Of a stretch of 64,000 bases of DNA, positions 23,705-35,153 are shown one piece after another. The position numbers were made by a program, and so were the translations under genes. This DNA comes from Schizochytrium sp. TIO01. Its lineage: Eukaryota; Protista; Bigyra: Labyrinthulomycetes. The stretch lies in assembly GCA_004764695.1 (NCBI GenBank), contig SMSO01000036.1:2356001-2420000 (forward strand), in the 5' to 3' direction. Below the pieces are notes generated by a model. The model saw only the letters and a program-made list of their open reading frames with translations, searched no databases and had not been told where the DNA came from. The number at the start of each line of letters is the position of its first letter. The first letter of the stretch is position 1.

Positions 23705-26590
23705 CGTGTTTCAACTTCAGTTCTGGAGTTCTGCTATGTGCCATGATGTTTCTTCTTCTGTAAAGTTGTTGAGTTGTGTCAAGTGAAAATCGCCAAGCTT
23801 TCTATTTTTAGAGACGAGTGCATAGTGGGCAGACAAATAAATGCACGACCAGAGAGATAACTTGAATAATACTGATCAAAATAAGGGTCGCCGCTTTGAG
23901 AAATGAGGTGTTCTCATTCAATCAGGTCTTTACATATCGCACTTCCTCGTATTATATGGTATAGGATCGATCATTTTATTATGATTTCTATTTTGTTGAA
24001 AGTAGTAATTGAAAAAAGAATAAAAAATACGCATATATATTATATATATACTCTTTTTAATTGAGAGGAAAAAAACTAAAACTGAAAAGTAGTGGGTCCA
24101 TGAAAATCGCTCAATTCCATTCGCCAGGTTTTACCAATTTCGATGTTGAATCGTGGACCAATCTGCGTTTTTCGTTGCACAGAGATGCGGAGGGTCGCCA
24201 GGTCGGCTCCTCACGCAAGGACGGTGCTTCGGCCTCTCCGAACTCTTTCCTCAGCTTGAGGTTCTCGAGCTGTCCGTAGAACTCGAGTCGATTGGAACTC
24301 TCAATTCCTCCTTCATCGCAAGGGAGTCTAATGTAACCAACCCTCAATTCTACTTTGGACTCCTGCTCCGGAAGCGAGCCGCACGGCGGCCAAACCGATA
24401 CCCTCGCGGCTGAGTACTGGGCCTTGAGCCGGAGCTCGAGATACCCTGCGACCCGGAAAGCGCAACGGAACGGAAACCGCGCGAAGAATAGATCGACGCC
24501 GAAGTCTCCAGGTACCGAGGTGCATGCATGCAAGCATCTATGGGTTTAGGGCGGGCCCGAAAGGTGGAGTGCGACGCGAGGGCCCGTGCGAGCGACACTC
24601 ACTCGGCACTGGCCGCCAAGGAAGACGCACGGCGGGCCCATAACCCTCCTGGGCTGCCACGAGGCGGCTTTCGCGCTGGCCAGAACGAAGAGCGCTGTTG
24701 CAGCCAGAGACGCTTTCTTCGAAGCCGAGTTGGGTCCTGCTCTCGAGAACTGACTCACGTGACTCCGGTTCCGCTGATGTAACCACTAATGAAATAACAC
24801 TTGTGGGGAATAAAAGACTACGTGGTATTATATAGATGCGACCACGATCGTCTTTGGGGACATCCTCGCACACACCCGAATTCTACAAAGAATGGTGGTC
24901 GAAAGAGATTGACTACTCTCGCGTTGGCCTCGTTTCATGTGCCCTGGAAGGCTGGAGGAAATCAGGAAAGGTGCTTGAGGTCGAGGAGAACTCGACTGGG
25001 AGGAGGTTGCAGACTTCCCTCTTGCGCTTGCCGAACCACCCGAAAGATTGCCGCCCGGAAGCCAGGGGCCACTGGGACGAATATTTTCTAGCACGATCGT
25101 GTGGCAAAATCGTAACGGATTTCCGGATTTCCTCATACTTTTGTGCTGTGAAGTAAGTACGGTTGGCACACTGGCTGGCCAATGATAGCATGGTTGATAC
25201 ACATCTTGAGCTGAGGGTGGGGCGCTCGGCTGTTGGGATAATGCAGCAGGCCTCGGGAGCCAACGGGTGTCGCAGGCACTTGGCAGCGGCTGAATTGCTG
25301 ATGATTCCCCTAGGTTAAGTAAAGCTCCTCTTGGAGCAAAACACAGTGGCATACGAAGGTGATAAAACGATACTCAAACAAGCATAATTGGCGGGTAACC
25401 TTGGCAATGATTGCATAGGAGAGGCCGTTCTAGCGATGCGGACGCTTCGCTGGTGGCAGTTTAGGGCGTGTTTAGAGACTATAGATCGACTGACCCTCAC
25501 GCATGAGCAACCGGTGGACAGAGGCCGCGCTCCAAGGCAAGTTGATCTCGACAGTGGTGGGGGGCAGGGGGGGGGGAAAGGAATATTTCCCTCAAGTGTT
25601 TCCTAAACGAGAGGGAGAGACCTGCAAGAGGTACTGATTCGTTGACAAATACGGACCTCAAGACTTTTTCAAGAAAACGAAAACGAATTGCGCCTTTCAA
25701 TTTATGTAGATTGAGAGCTTGAGAGTAAAACGCACGCGCGACCGATGTATTCTTTATTCGACTTTGCGTTCCATCAAGAGACTCACAACCCGAAGCAGAA
25801 TATATAAAAGTGCTGGCGCCCAACCCAAGCTAACAATTGGTATCTTGATACCCGATAACTATGGATGAATATGTCTTACCGTCCGCGAGGCGTTATTTGT
25901 ATGCCCTCACTCTCACCAAAAATGCATCGCTCGTCGACTCATTACATCATCTTGGCATATTGATATTTTTGGTGCTTTTAATACAGTCAATTTGGTTCGT
26001 TCGTTTTACCAGAGGCTTTATTCTCCTTGAAGTTCTCGGCCATTTTTTATTTTTTATTTTAACGATTTTTGCATTTTTTCAGTTTATTTACATGTTTACT
26101 GTCAGTACAAAAGTTCCATGATATAGTCATAATCAAGTCTTGATTATGAAAGGTAGCCACACTCAGCATGACTGAGAGTTGAGGGGACCTTGCTCAAAAC
26201 TAAAAGAAGAAATTTTAAATGAGGCATGTTCTTGCAGACAAATATTGGTCCTTATTGTTGAAATGTGTATGAAGCACACTGCAGGTCATTGTAGCCAGTA
26301 ATGCAAAATTTAGTGGAATTTAGTGGAGGGGCAATTTAATTTAAGAATTGGTTTAAGATTGAATCATAAGGAAAAATATCCTAAACGCAGTGGTTGCTAA
26401 AAAAATAAAAAAAGAAAAAAAGAGAAAACAGAGTGGCAAAGTAAGCATAGTGTTCAGCTTTTAGAAGTGGATAGAAAGAGAAAGAAGCTCGATGGAATAA
26501 TAATAGAGAGACCTGTTGTATGTTTTCCTCTGCTATTGCCTCGACCAAAGCTATTTCAAAAGTAAACGTAAAAGTAAAAGTAAAACAGCC

Positions 26591-27466
26591 TCAAGGTTTG
26601 CGCGCAACGACACGGATACCAAACTTATGGCCATTGTCAAGGTACTCACAAGTCTTGACGAGCCAGTTTTGTACTGTACCACCTTCTTTCGCAACACGTG
26701 CTTGCATATTTTTCAGCTGTCCATGCAGATGTGATGATGCCAAAGAAGTGATATCTTCTGCTATTTCGATTTGAAACCCTGCTGCCTTGAGATCACGAAT
26801 GTAGTCATCAGCACAGACAGGGTCAGAACCAGACTCAGCACAGTACTTTTCAAGAGTCTCTTTAGGCCATCCTTGGCCAGGGATCCAGTGGTGGTGGAAA
26901 ACAAAGATCCCCCCACTCTTGAGCGTTTCGAAGCAGCCCTGCAGGCATGCAGGCCGTTGTGCTAAAGAAAGAGCGTCCGGGTCTTGCCCATAGATAACTT
27001 GGAACTCTTTGGGGGGAAACGGCAACGAGAACGCGGATCCTGCAACAAAGTCTACATGATCCTGCACGCCAGCCTTCGAGGCCTCCTGCTTAGCTTTTGC
27101 AATTGCCGTGTCCGAAATGTCAATGCCCACCACATTCCATCCGCGCTGCTTTGCAAAGTAAATTGCTGTCGATCCTTCTCCGCAGCAGAGATCGAGCAAT
27201 TTGGCCTGCTCCGGCACGAGATTTTTCATTTTCAGTTCAGTTTCAATCTCTTCGAGGAGCTTTCTGGTCATGTCCCAGCCTCCAGAGTGCAGTTGGTCTC
27301 CATCCTCGGGCCAATCTTTGCGAAGTCGATCATGGAACGCGGGATCTTTGTACGCCGCAACGCTTTCATCCTCAGCATTTGTTCCGCCTGTTGCCGCGAG
27401 TCCAGTTTCCCCGCTGCTTTCCTCCTGTCTCATGAACGCCATGAGTTTCGATTGCAGCGCACCCAT
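26591..27466 (-). CDS. Class I SAM-dependent methyltransferase (sarcosine/dimethylglycine- or phosphoethanolamine-N-methyltransferase-like)
   Basis: Motif I LLDLCCGEG, VVGIDIS, GSAFSLPF, FQVIYGQD, LKSGG; upstream HSGGWDMT. Substrate is inferred, not established. Confidence 0.85.
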   Translation of the reverse strand: MGALQSKLMAFMRQEESSGETGLAATGGTNAEDESVAAYKDPAFHDRLRKDWPEDGDQLHSGGWDMTRKLLEEIETELKMKNLVPEQAKLLDLCCGEGSTAIYFAKQRGWNVVGIDISDTAIAKAKQEASKAGVQDHVDFVAGSAFSLPFPPKEFQVIYGQDPDALSLAQRPACLQGCFETLKSGGIFVFHHHWIPGQGWPKETLEKYCAESGSDPVCADDYIRDLKAAGFQIEIAEDITSLASSHLHGQLKNMQARVAKEGGTVQNWLVKTCEYLDNGHKFGIRVVARKP

Positions 27467-28057
27467 CGTGACAGCACAAACAAAGCAAGGTGTGTTGCCT
27501 CAAATACCTTCAATGCCGTCAGCACCCTCCTGCAGTCGTGCACCAGCCGCTGACCTCCACAAACCCTGCAAAGGGTTTTGATCCGATTCGATCATTCAAC
27601 TATTTTATGCACGCTCAAAACTGGAAAATGTACCGATTTCGAGGAAGCTTTGTGTGTGCACCCTCGCTTTGCTATGCCGCTCTGCTACAAGCTATTATTG
27701 TACAAATGAACTACCTGTATTCAATCTATAATATCATTAATGGTTCTGTTCTCCTTCCGTGAATCTAGAGATCTCGTTTCTCTTTCTCTTTCTTTTCAAT
27801 CTGTTTTTATTTTTGTTTTTATTTTTGTTTTTGTAGTTGCTTTCTTATGAAGCAGCGAATCAACGAGCCAGTGACTCAATCAATCAATATCTTCTTCGAG
27901 TTGACTTTGGGCTTTAGAAAGCCTCGAGCTTGAAGGCGATCGTGGCGCCCAATTGGTGGTGCCAACAAGTTGGTGTGGACACGGCTAAGAACTACGGAAA
28001 CGTGGAGGCCTCCAGGCTCCAGGGCACGAGACGTTAAAGTATTCTACGAAGGCCGCC

Positions 28058-29203
28058 ATGGTCTGGGTCGTTGCCAAAACCGATGACTTTGGCTCTACAA
28101 CCGCAGGTGCTTCTATGGAGCAGGACGATGGTGAAGAATCTGGGATGATGACAGAGAACGTCAAGGTTGAAGCTGCGGAATTGCAAGATGTAAGATGTTT
28201 TGTGACGTCCACAACGCTCACCGAATCACCGCTCAGAAAATGTCAGCATGTGATATGGGGTGGCAAAGTTCGGGCCAATCGTCAAGGAGCACCTTTAGCC
28301 CTTGTGGTGCCTCTACCTATTGCATTTGGCAGCGCAGAGACTAATGTGAAGCTGTACCCTTCAAACGGCATCGCTAGTGTGGGCTTGCAGTATCATCAGA
28401 TCTTGGAGAAGCTTAAATTGTGCTTCCCGCAAGTTGTAAGGGAATCTCTACTGGTCCAGATGCTCATGGACGAAGAAGACGACGAGGAGGACGAAGAAGA
28501 GAATGATGGCAACAAGCCAGTTAAAATGGACGATGATAGTGACGAAGACAGTAACAGCGACCAAGACAGCGATGAAGATGATAGTCAATCAAAGCTGAAG
28601 TCCCTGGCAGGACGCTATGTTGAACAAAAGGCTGAAGAGAAGGTGAACATGCTTCAAGAAGTAAGCGAGCAAGTCATGTCTCTGCAGCAAATTCAAGAAC
28701 AACTGGGAGAAAGCATTGCACAAGCAGTGCGTCAAAATGAATATTTGCAAAATGAAACTGCATTTTTGGTTATTCAAGGCAAAACGCCTACTACCGGTGA
28801 TATTTATTTTGCCACAAGATATTCCTTTGTGACTCCGGCTACCGAGGAAATGATTGTGCCATTATCGACTCGGCCCTTCTCATCGGACCTGGCTGACCAG
28901 CCAGTGCTAGAGCCAGTAACTCGACGGATGGACCATTGCATATTTTCCTTGGGTGCCGATCGCCGGGCCGGGGAAGTCAACGGTGCTGGTAAGACAGCTC
29001 AAGAGACGCTGCATGACATGGAGCTTCGCCATGCATCTGGGTCTCAAACCGTTATTGTCAAGCCCAAGTATTCTGCTCAAGAAGCTTTGAGCAATTTGCA
29101 GGATGACATTGGTTCCGCCGATGACAATGCTTTACGTCTAAGACGTATTGTCGGACCGTGGAATACGGTCAAAGATCTTCGACTTCAGGTTGAGAGTCTG
29201 TGA
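28058..29203 (+). CDS. Hypothetical 381 aa protein with acidic insertion; possible DUF2330-like/giant-virus-shared family member
   Basis: Uninterrupted ORF with gccgccATGG start context. Globular segments (LALVVPLP, YHQILEKLKLCFP, AFLVIQ, MIVP, MDHCIF) flank a D/E-rich loop. Confidence 0.8.
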   Translation: MVWVVAKTDDFGSTTAGASMEQDDGEESGMMTENVKVEAAELQDVRCFVTSTTLTESPLRKCQHVIWGGKVRANRQGAPLALVVPLPIAFGSAETNVKLYPSNGIASVGLQYHQILEKLKLCFPQVVRESLLVQMLMDEEDDEEDEEENDGNKPVKMDDDSDEDSNSDQDSDEDDSQSKLKSLAGRYVEQKAEEKVNMLQEVSEQVMSLQQIQEQLGESIAQAVRQNEYLQNETAFLVIQGKTPTTGDIYFATRYSFVTPATEEMIVPLSTRPFSSDLADQPVLEPVTRRMDHCIFSLGADRRAGEVNGAGKTAQETLHDMELRHASGSQTVIVKPKYSAQEALSNLQDDIGSADDNALRLRRIVGPWNTVKDLRLQVESL

Positions 29204-31150
29204 GATGAAAGATGATGTACAATAACATCTGATGTTAGTGCCTCTGATTAAAAATGATCAAACTCGAATTTTCTATTTCTGCCCCGTTTCCTCTTAAGAT
29301 CTTCTTAATCCCCTCCTTACTAGCCTTGAATGTATGGGGAGCGAACATGTACCGAGGCGACGGGCAATGCCCCACCAGAATACGAAAAAAACTCCACAAC
29401 GTTCTGTTGGCCGCAATCGGTATTGACATGGAAGTGGAAAGTGTCCGCAGTCAACTAACGTGCATATATTGCGGCCTTGGGAGGCTTCTTATGTTTCTAC
29501 AGTTTCTCAACTAATACTTCTCTAAACCCCCTTTAACCGGTGTCAAAGCACGCAGCGTCATACTGTCAAAAGTTTATCTAGCTCATCTTGTATTCCCTCA
29601 GACTAACGAGATTCCAATTCGATATATCAATCATATTTTTGTACCTTCAGTAAGGGTTTGCGTAAACGAAATCATCAATGGGGTACACGGAAGTTCTAAA
29701 CTCTCAACAAACACGACACCTAGCCGCACCTCAGACATACAATATCACCCCCTCCCCTTCTTTGTCTCTACCCACGCAGGTGTACTCACAGCATTAAATA
29801 AAACAATACAGAGGCTTCTTATATTTTTTCAGAGAAGGCGTCAGACAGCCAAGGGAAAATCTCGTCACGAAGATAGAATTGAAGAAATCAGAAACTCTAG
29901 TCTGTTGGAAATCATCTCTCGCTCTTCTCGTTTGCCTCTACATGTATGTTTTTACTGTCGCCATACCTAGACCACTCCCCCCCTCTACTTTGCTTTGGTT
30001 TGGGCACGCCATTCTGGCTAAGGCTCATGTGCAAGGATCGCACAGACCACAATAAAACAAACGTACAGCTCATGAAGGTGCCATCGTGAGTGACTGTGAT
30101 GGTGAAACCAGAGGATGGTTACCAACACAGAAGGTCTCTGGTGCTGTTTAGAGCTCCAGAGATACAGGTTTGCTGGAAACCCTGCGTGTCCATGGCGCGC
30201 TTTCTACTGATGCTGCCAGCTCACCAACCACACATTCTTAAAGACATACTATTTTCCATACGATCAACTCCCAGGAAGTTCTCTCGCGCGCGACCGAGCC
30301 TTATGGCAGCAACCCTTGTTGGGCTTGTGTGGCGGATGATGACCTTCCACATCGACCCAGTAATGGTTGGGTGCAAAGACTAAGTTTGGGCTAAGATCAC
30401 AAGGTGCAAGAAAGAAGACTAACGACGATTTGTTTGACCATCATCGAAACCATCCTAATTGGCCAGGACAGGAGGGAAAATTCTGATCTGGCGTTGCGAG
30501 AATGGTGGTTTTACATTTGGTCTTTATAAATTGCGGATTTCTTCGCAGTAGAAGAGCCAATCTGAAAGGATTAAATAACTACTGCTTCTGAAGAAGCGAG
30601 ATGAATATTTCATCTATCTATTAAATGAAAACATGAACTCATATTGTAGATGGCGATTTGCAATTGAGGTCTTCAAGAGGTGGTTGGTACTGAGCTGCCT
30701 GACTACCCTTGCTAAGCCAAAAAAAGGTTGAGAGCTTGAACAGGTTCCAGAGAATCTATGATCTATGTATGTGTACAGGTGCGGCTCCGGAGTGCATTTC
30801 TAATGTATAATTTTACTTACATTACGAAAACCACTCTAGGTTGTCCTACCTCAAAGGTGTGACACTAATGCCTTCTACTTTAAGCTATATTCATCATGTG
30901 CTTAGTTTGCATTCATAACGACATACGTTTCTTCAGCCTCACGCGAGGCAAGGTTTTCATATTGTATTTGGTTCATGGACTCCAATTTGGGGCTACACAG
31001 TCCTAGATCTTATTCTTACAAACCCTAGTAGTACTCACTTCTTCTCTTCTTCCTTTTTTAATAAGAGAAGGCTTTGAAAGAAAGGCCTCAGGTCAAGATA
31101 GAAACCTGGCTAGATACAAAAGAACTCAGCCGTGGACCAGAAAGGACACC

Positions 31151-31522
31151 ATGGTGGACGTTGTTGAGTTGTGCATTACTTGTGGCATTCTCATTGCCTT
31201 TACTTACCTTGCTGAGTTCTCCAACACACTAGCAGCCGCCCTCGCAACGGCGCCAGTCACCACTACTGTGGCGCTCATTTTGTATGAGCGTCAGAGGCAG
31301 AAGGATGTTGCGAACAGCAACGGGTCTGACGCGATAAGTGCAGCCCAAGCTGGAAATGAGGAGCTCAGCCACTTCACATTTCAAATCATTAAAGGGATTT
31401 CTGCAAGTCTCCTCTTCGCTGTAGTTCTCTACACAAGCGTAGCGCACTTCAAATGGCAACTTATTCCTGCTCTTGGTGTGAGCTATGCGTTCTGGACTCT
31501 CGTTTGGTTCATGATTATCTGA
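31151..31522 (+). CDS. Small four-helix membrane protein, DUF3147/GlpM-like
   Basis: caccATGG start; four hydrophobic segments; LAAALATAPVTTTVALILY and GISASLLFAVVLY...WQLIPALGVSYAFW match the remembered DUF3147/GlpM pattern. Confidence 0.75.
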   Translation: MVDVVELCITCGILIAFTYLAEFSNTLAAALATAPVTTTVALILYERQRQKDVANSNGSDAISAAQAGNEELSHFTFQIIKGISASLLFAVVLYTSVAHFKWQLIPALGVSYAFWTLVWFMII

Positions 31523-31565
31523 GATCAATCCCTTTCACCTTCTGGCTTGAATTCGGTCGTTTGGA

Positions 31566-32510
31566 ATGGGCCACGATTGTATATATGTAGTCTATAGGGA
31601 CACCATAGAAGAAGTATTTCCAGCTGAGCTGATTGAGCATTCTTTGTTAACTGTTCTGCAAGCCCGTGTGTCAATCCTGAGTTGTGCGAACCTCTCATTT
31701 GAATGTCCGTCAGTAGAATACAGCTCACGAACATATGAATCATATCTTCAGTCCTCTATTCCCACTTTACTAAGGGTACTCTGTTTCTATGTGTCGACTG
31801 TCAAACAATGCCTATTTGGAGGTATACAGCACAGATGGTGCAAGACTTCCAGTGTAACGAGAGTTTATGCGCGTACTGGCATTAAACCATTGCATGAGTG
31901 ATACGTACTCTACCACAAAATTTAAAAAACACTATGACAAGATGTATCTATTCTTAGATCCCTCAGCAGCTATAAGATATATTTTCAAGTTCCATGGAGA
32001 ATAAGCTTTAGTCTACACTGATTTGAAAAGAAGTGTGTACGATCCCTACAACCTAACGTCCAAGAAATATAAATCATAGATCGACAAGATTTACAACGTA
32101 TGACAACTCTGGTCTAGAGGTGTATATTTTTAACGGGGAAATCATGTAGTGCGTACTATAATGATTCCTCAAAAACTTAGCAAGGATGTCCAACAAAGAG
32201 AGAAACATCACAATCAGGTCTTTAGTTCTAATGTTACAAAATATAATATAGACGAAAAAAATGTCTTGTGATACAGATGGTGTCACGCTAAACATCCATC
32301 TTCATAAAGATAAGGAAGCCCTGAACAACCGGAAGGATGTAGAAAAGAAAATCGTCTAGGAAGGATTGCTTGATCAGACAACGTTGAACAGCTCCTTGCA
32401 TTATTCAAAAAGAGGTTGGCCAGAAAACTTATCTCTTACTACAAAAGACTGGGAGTGGCTCTCATAATTTACAATTTCTCGACAGCAATTATCCTAAGCT
32501 TCACGATAAG
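31566..32510 (+). pseudogene. AT-rich decayed coding relic of unknown origin
   Basis: The frame starting at 31801 reads protein-like (NNAYLEVYSTDG...KKHYDKMYLFLDPSAAIRYIFKFHGE*ALVYTDLKRSVYDPY) with scattered stops and probable frameshifts. Confidence 0.35.
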
Positions 32511-33089
32511 TTTTTTTTTTTCTGAGAGAGACCATTGATCTTCTGTGAAGCACAAGTTCACGGCCGTCAGGCACTACCTAAGTAGTAGGTTCGCTCCGAG
32601 ATTTAGCGACTATAGGACAGAATGTATTGCAACGGTTATCACGTTGAATTTTTTTCATGCTTTTCACTGTTCTTGAGAAAAACTAAATAGTACAGTGAAG
32701 CTTGCGCTGACTGTACAGGGCTTTGGTAAGTTTGGGATAATCCCATTTTCAATATTTTTTTCTAACTTGCAAAATAGAAGCAGGGTAGGAGAGCTTCACA
32801 GCATCATCGCTAAGCTGAACTTTTTCCTCTCGCAAAAATCCTGAATATATTCTCATGACGAATATGCGAGGAAAATACAGTAAAGTAGAAAGATCCTATT
32901 GAATTATATTCTGACGTGGTACTCCATTTATTCTACTAATTTCTAAATTTTTACTTTCTTTTCTCGTAAAGGACAATGCAATGCAATGAGATAAAAGAAA
33001 AAGGAGAGTATATTTCAAATGATAGCTGATGAATCACTAGCATACTTGCGGTTATTGAGTTTATTATTGATGACAATATAATTTGGGTT

Positions 33090-33421
33090 ATTAGATCATG
33101 AATGGTCATGTCGATTCTTGCTTTCATCACTTGAAAGCAGTATCCGGGGGTGGCTATGGTATTATCTCACAATATTCAAAATCCAGCAGTATAAGGGTTT
33201 GCTTCAACTGTGTCAAAGGGATTAAATTATTTGAAGAACATTTGACTCCGAGAAACAAATTCTTGAGTATTCATGTATTCATAAACAACCATTCATACTT
33301 TATACTGGAGTAAATCAGTGTTAGCGCTGATCGTGAATTCCTTTTTCTTGGATTAGCTTTGATGGTCCTCTAGTTAAAAAGTTATCCGCTATTATATAGA
33401 AGCTGTTGTTTATGGCATGAC
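33090..33421 (-). pseudogene. Decayed ORF resembling a CRESS-DNA virus capsid (jelly-roll) segment
   Basis: A single frame gives VMP*TTASI**RITF*...KEFTISANTDLLQYKV*MVVYEY...NPYTAGF*IL*DNTI. Motif order is like PQGT..QRIG / VRMIV / FRILRD in CRESS capsids. By-eye similarity only. Confidence 0.35.
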
Positions 33422-33903
33422 CTCATATCCTCGATAAGTTAAGGTGCTTCAATCTTGGTATATCTTTGTAACTAGATGTATGAACAGAAAAAGAGGGTAC
33501 ATCTTACTTCCATGCTCGTCAGGGAAGTTTGCATGTTCGTCGGTGCTTAAAATTTAATTAACAAAGGTGATACATAGAAAGGTGAGAAAGGTTGAAGAGA
33601 GTACCCGCTCCACGTAAAAGGACGAGCAGTATTGTTATGCATCACCGCAACATAGCCCGGTCAATGTTTTTGCATTCGCGAAAATACGCTCCATGTCAAA
33701 TGTTATGGTCTCAACACGTCCACGTATGCAACGACGTATTTGATGAGGCAATCAGGAGACCAAGCCAAGCTTGAACCGCAATAGACACAATTTAACAGGA
33801 CAGGTTAGCTTGTTTTAATAGCCTTCAAGTCACACTTTACCAAACCTAAACTATTTGAGTGCGCTTTCAATTGCTTGATCTCTTCGGGTTTGCTGAGAGT
33901 TGA

Positions 33904-34283
33904 TTCTGGTTGGCTTGAGGTTTTACTGTAAACATGAAGGCAAGGGTCTTGATGAAGGCTTTAAGAAGGTTGATTTTAAGAGTTAGCGAACTGCTATCCT
34001 GGAAAGAAATTCCGGGGAGGATGGATTTATGTAGTAATTGAGGATGCTCAGGCATTCTTGAACGGTGTTAGAGTTGCTTGGTGCGTTAGTTTCATACCAT
34101 CTCTTCAGCCATCGATTCGTGATATCGCTATTTTGTTTCTTGGCTTTGGCAGCCACATAAATCTGGCTGTCTTCTTCTGCTCCATTGTAAGCCCCCTATG
34201 TCAATGAGGACTTTTTACAAAGGGGCGCCAAGAACTCTAGCAAGGTGTTGATTACTAGTTCGTTCGATTGGAGATTTCAGCAA
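33904..34283. repeat. Dispersed repeat, copy 1 (pairs with 63231-63636)
   Basis: Shared blocks such as ttgatgaaggctttaagaaggttg, ttttacaaaggg-c-ccaagaact-tagcaa and ttcgattggagat-tcagcaa, in the same orientation. A partial echo of the 3' end lies at ~34375-34420. Confidence 0.9.
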
Positions 34284-35153
34284 GATTCGCAATCATGCGC
34301 CTCGCCGCCATCTTCTAGTCCTGTGTAAGCCCTATACTCTGGAGAACTATACAGTGATACAACCAGAACCTTCCTAGCAATATCCCACCCAGAGGTAGCT
34401 TCGATTGGTGATCTTAGCAATCGGGTCATTAAGGAAATACAACAGAAAGACTAGGACAGCTTCCCTGGTCTGTCTTGGGGGCGCAATATCAGCCTCAGCT
34501 TTTGGTTATTAATTCGCCCTAATACCCGGAAAGCATTATTTCCAAGTCGGCTTCTTTGTAATCCTGACCACCATGAACCCTACTTTAGGTTACGGAAGAT
34601 GTATTGATCCAAGAAAATCTCAAATCACATCATGTTTTTCTTGTATACGTCCTGGACAAGTCATTCAAAATCTGGTATTGAAGTAATTTGCGTTTAGGAA
34701 AAAAGAGCAAAGATCGGCACTCAAAAGTGACTACTTTTTTTTAAATGTCAAAAGATATATCTGACGTGGAGCCAATCAGCAAGGTCAAATCATCAATCCC
34801 AAATTTGGTGCGTCAGTGTAAGTCCTTGGATAGTGTAGCTGGATGCAACTAAAAGAGAAGACATCACAGTGAAGGATTAGATTAGGATTCTGCAGACGAT
34901 CTTGCTTGCGACTTAAAAATACCTCCACAGCAGCAAGATCAATGTACACAATGGTGAAAGGAAAAGAGGGATCTTTCACTAGGCATGGGTGAATTCTGGG
35001 AAGATCATCAAGAAAGAATCAAGGAAAAATTGGAATCGAGAGAAGTTGTGCAAATGACAAATCTGATTTTGCAAAGGCAGGCACTATTATGGTGTAAATA
35101 AAAACGGCTGATGACCCTTCCAAGCATCAAGTGACAAGTTCATAAAGTCAAAT

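Noticed and set aside
25801-25853. TATA-like box followed by TGGCGCCCAAC (tRNA-Lys PBS-like) and AACAATTGGTATC (LTR/tRNA-Met PBS-like)
   Set aside because: Matches are only 7-11 nt, with no paired LTR and no gag/pol downstream. TGGCGCCCAA also occurs at ~27943 in an unrelated context.
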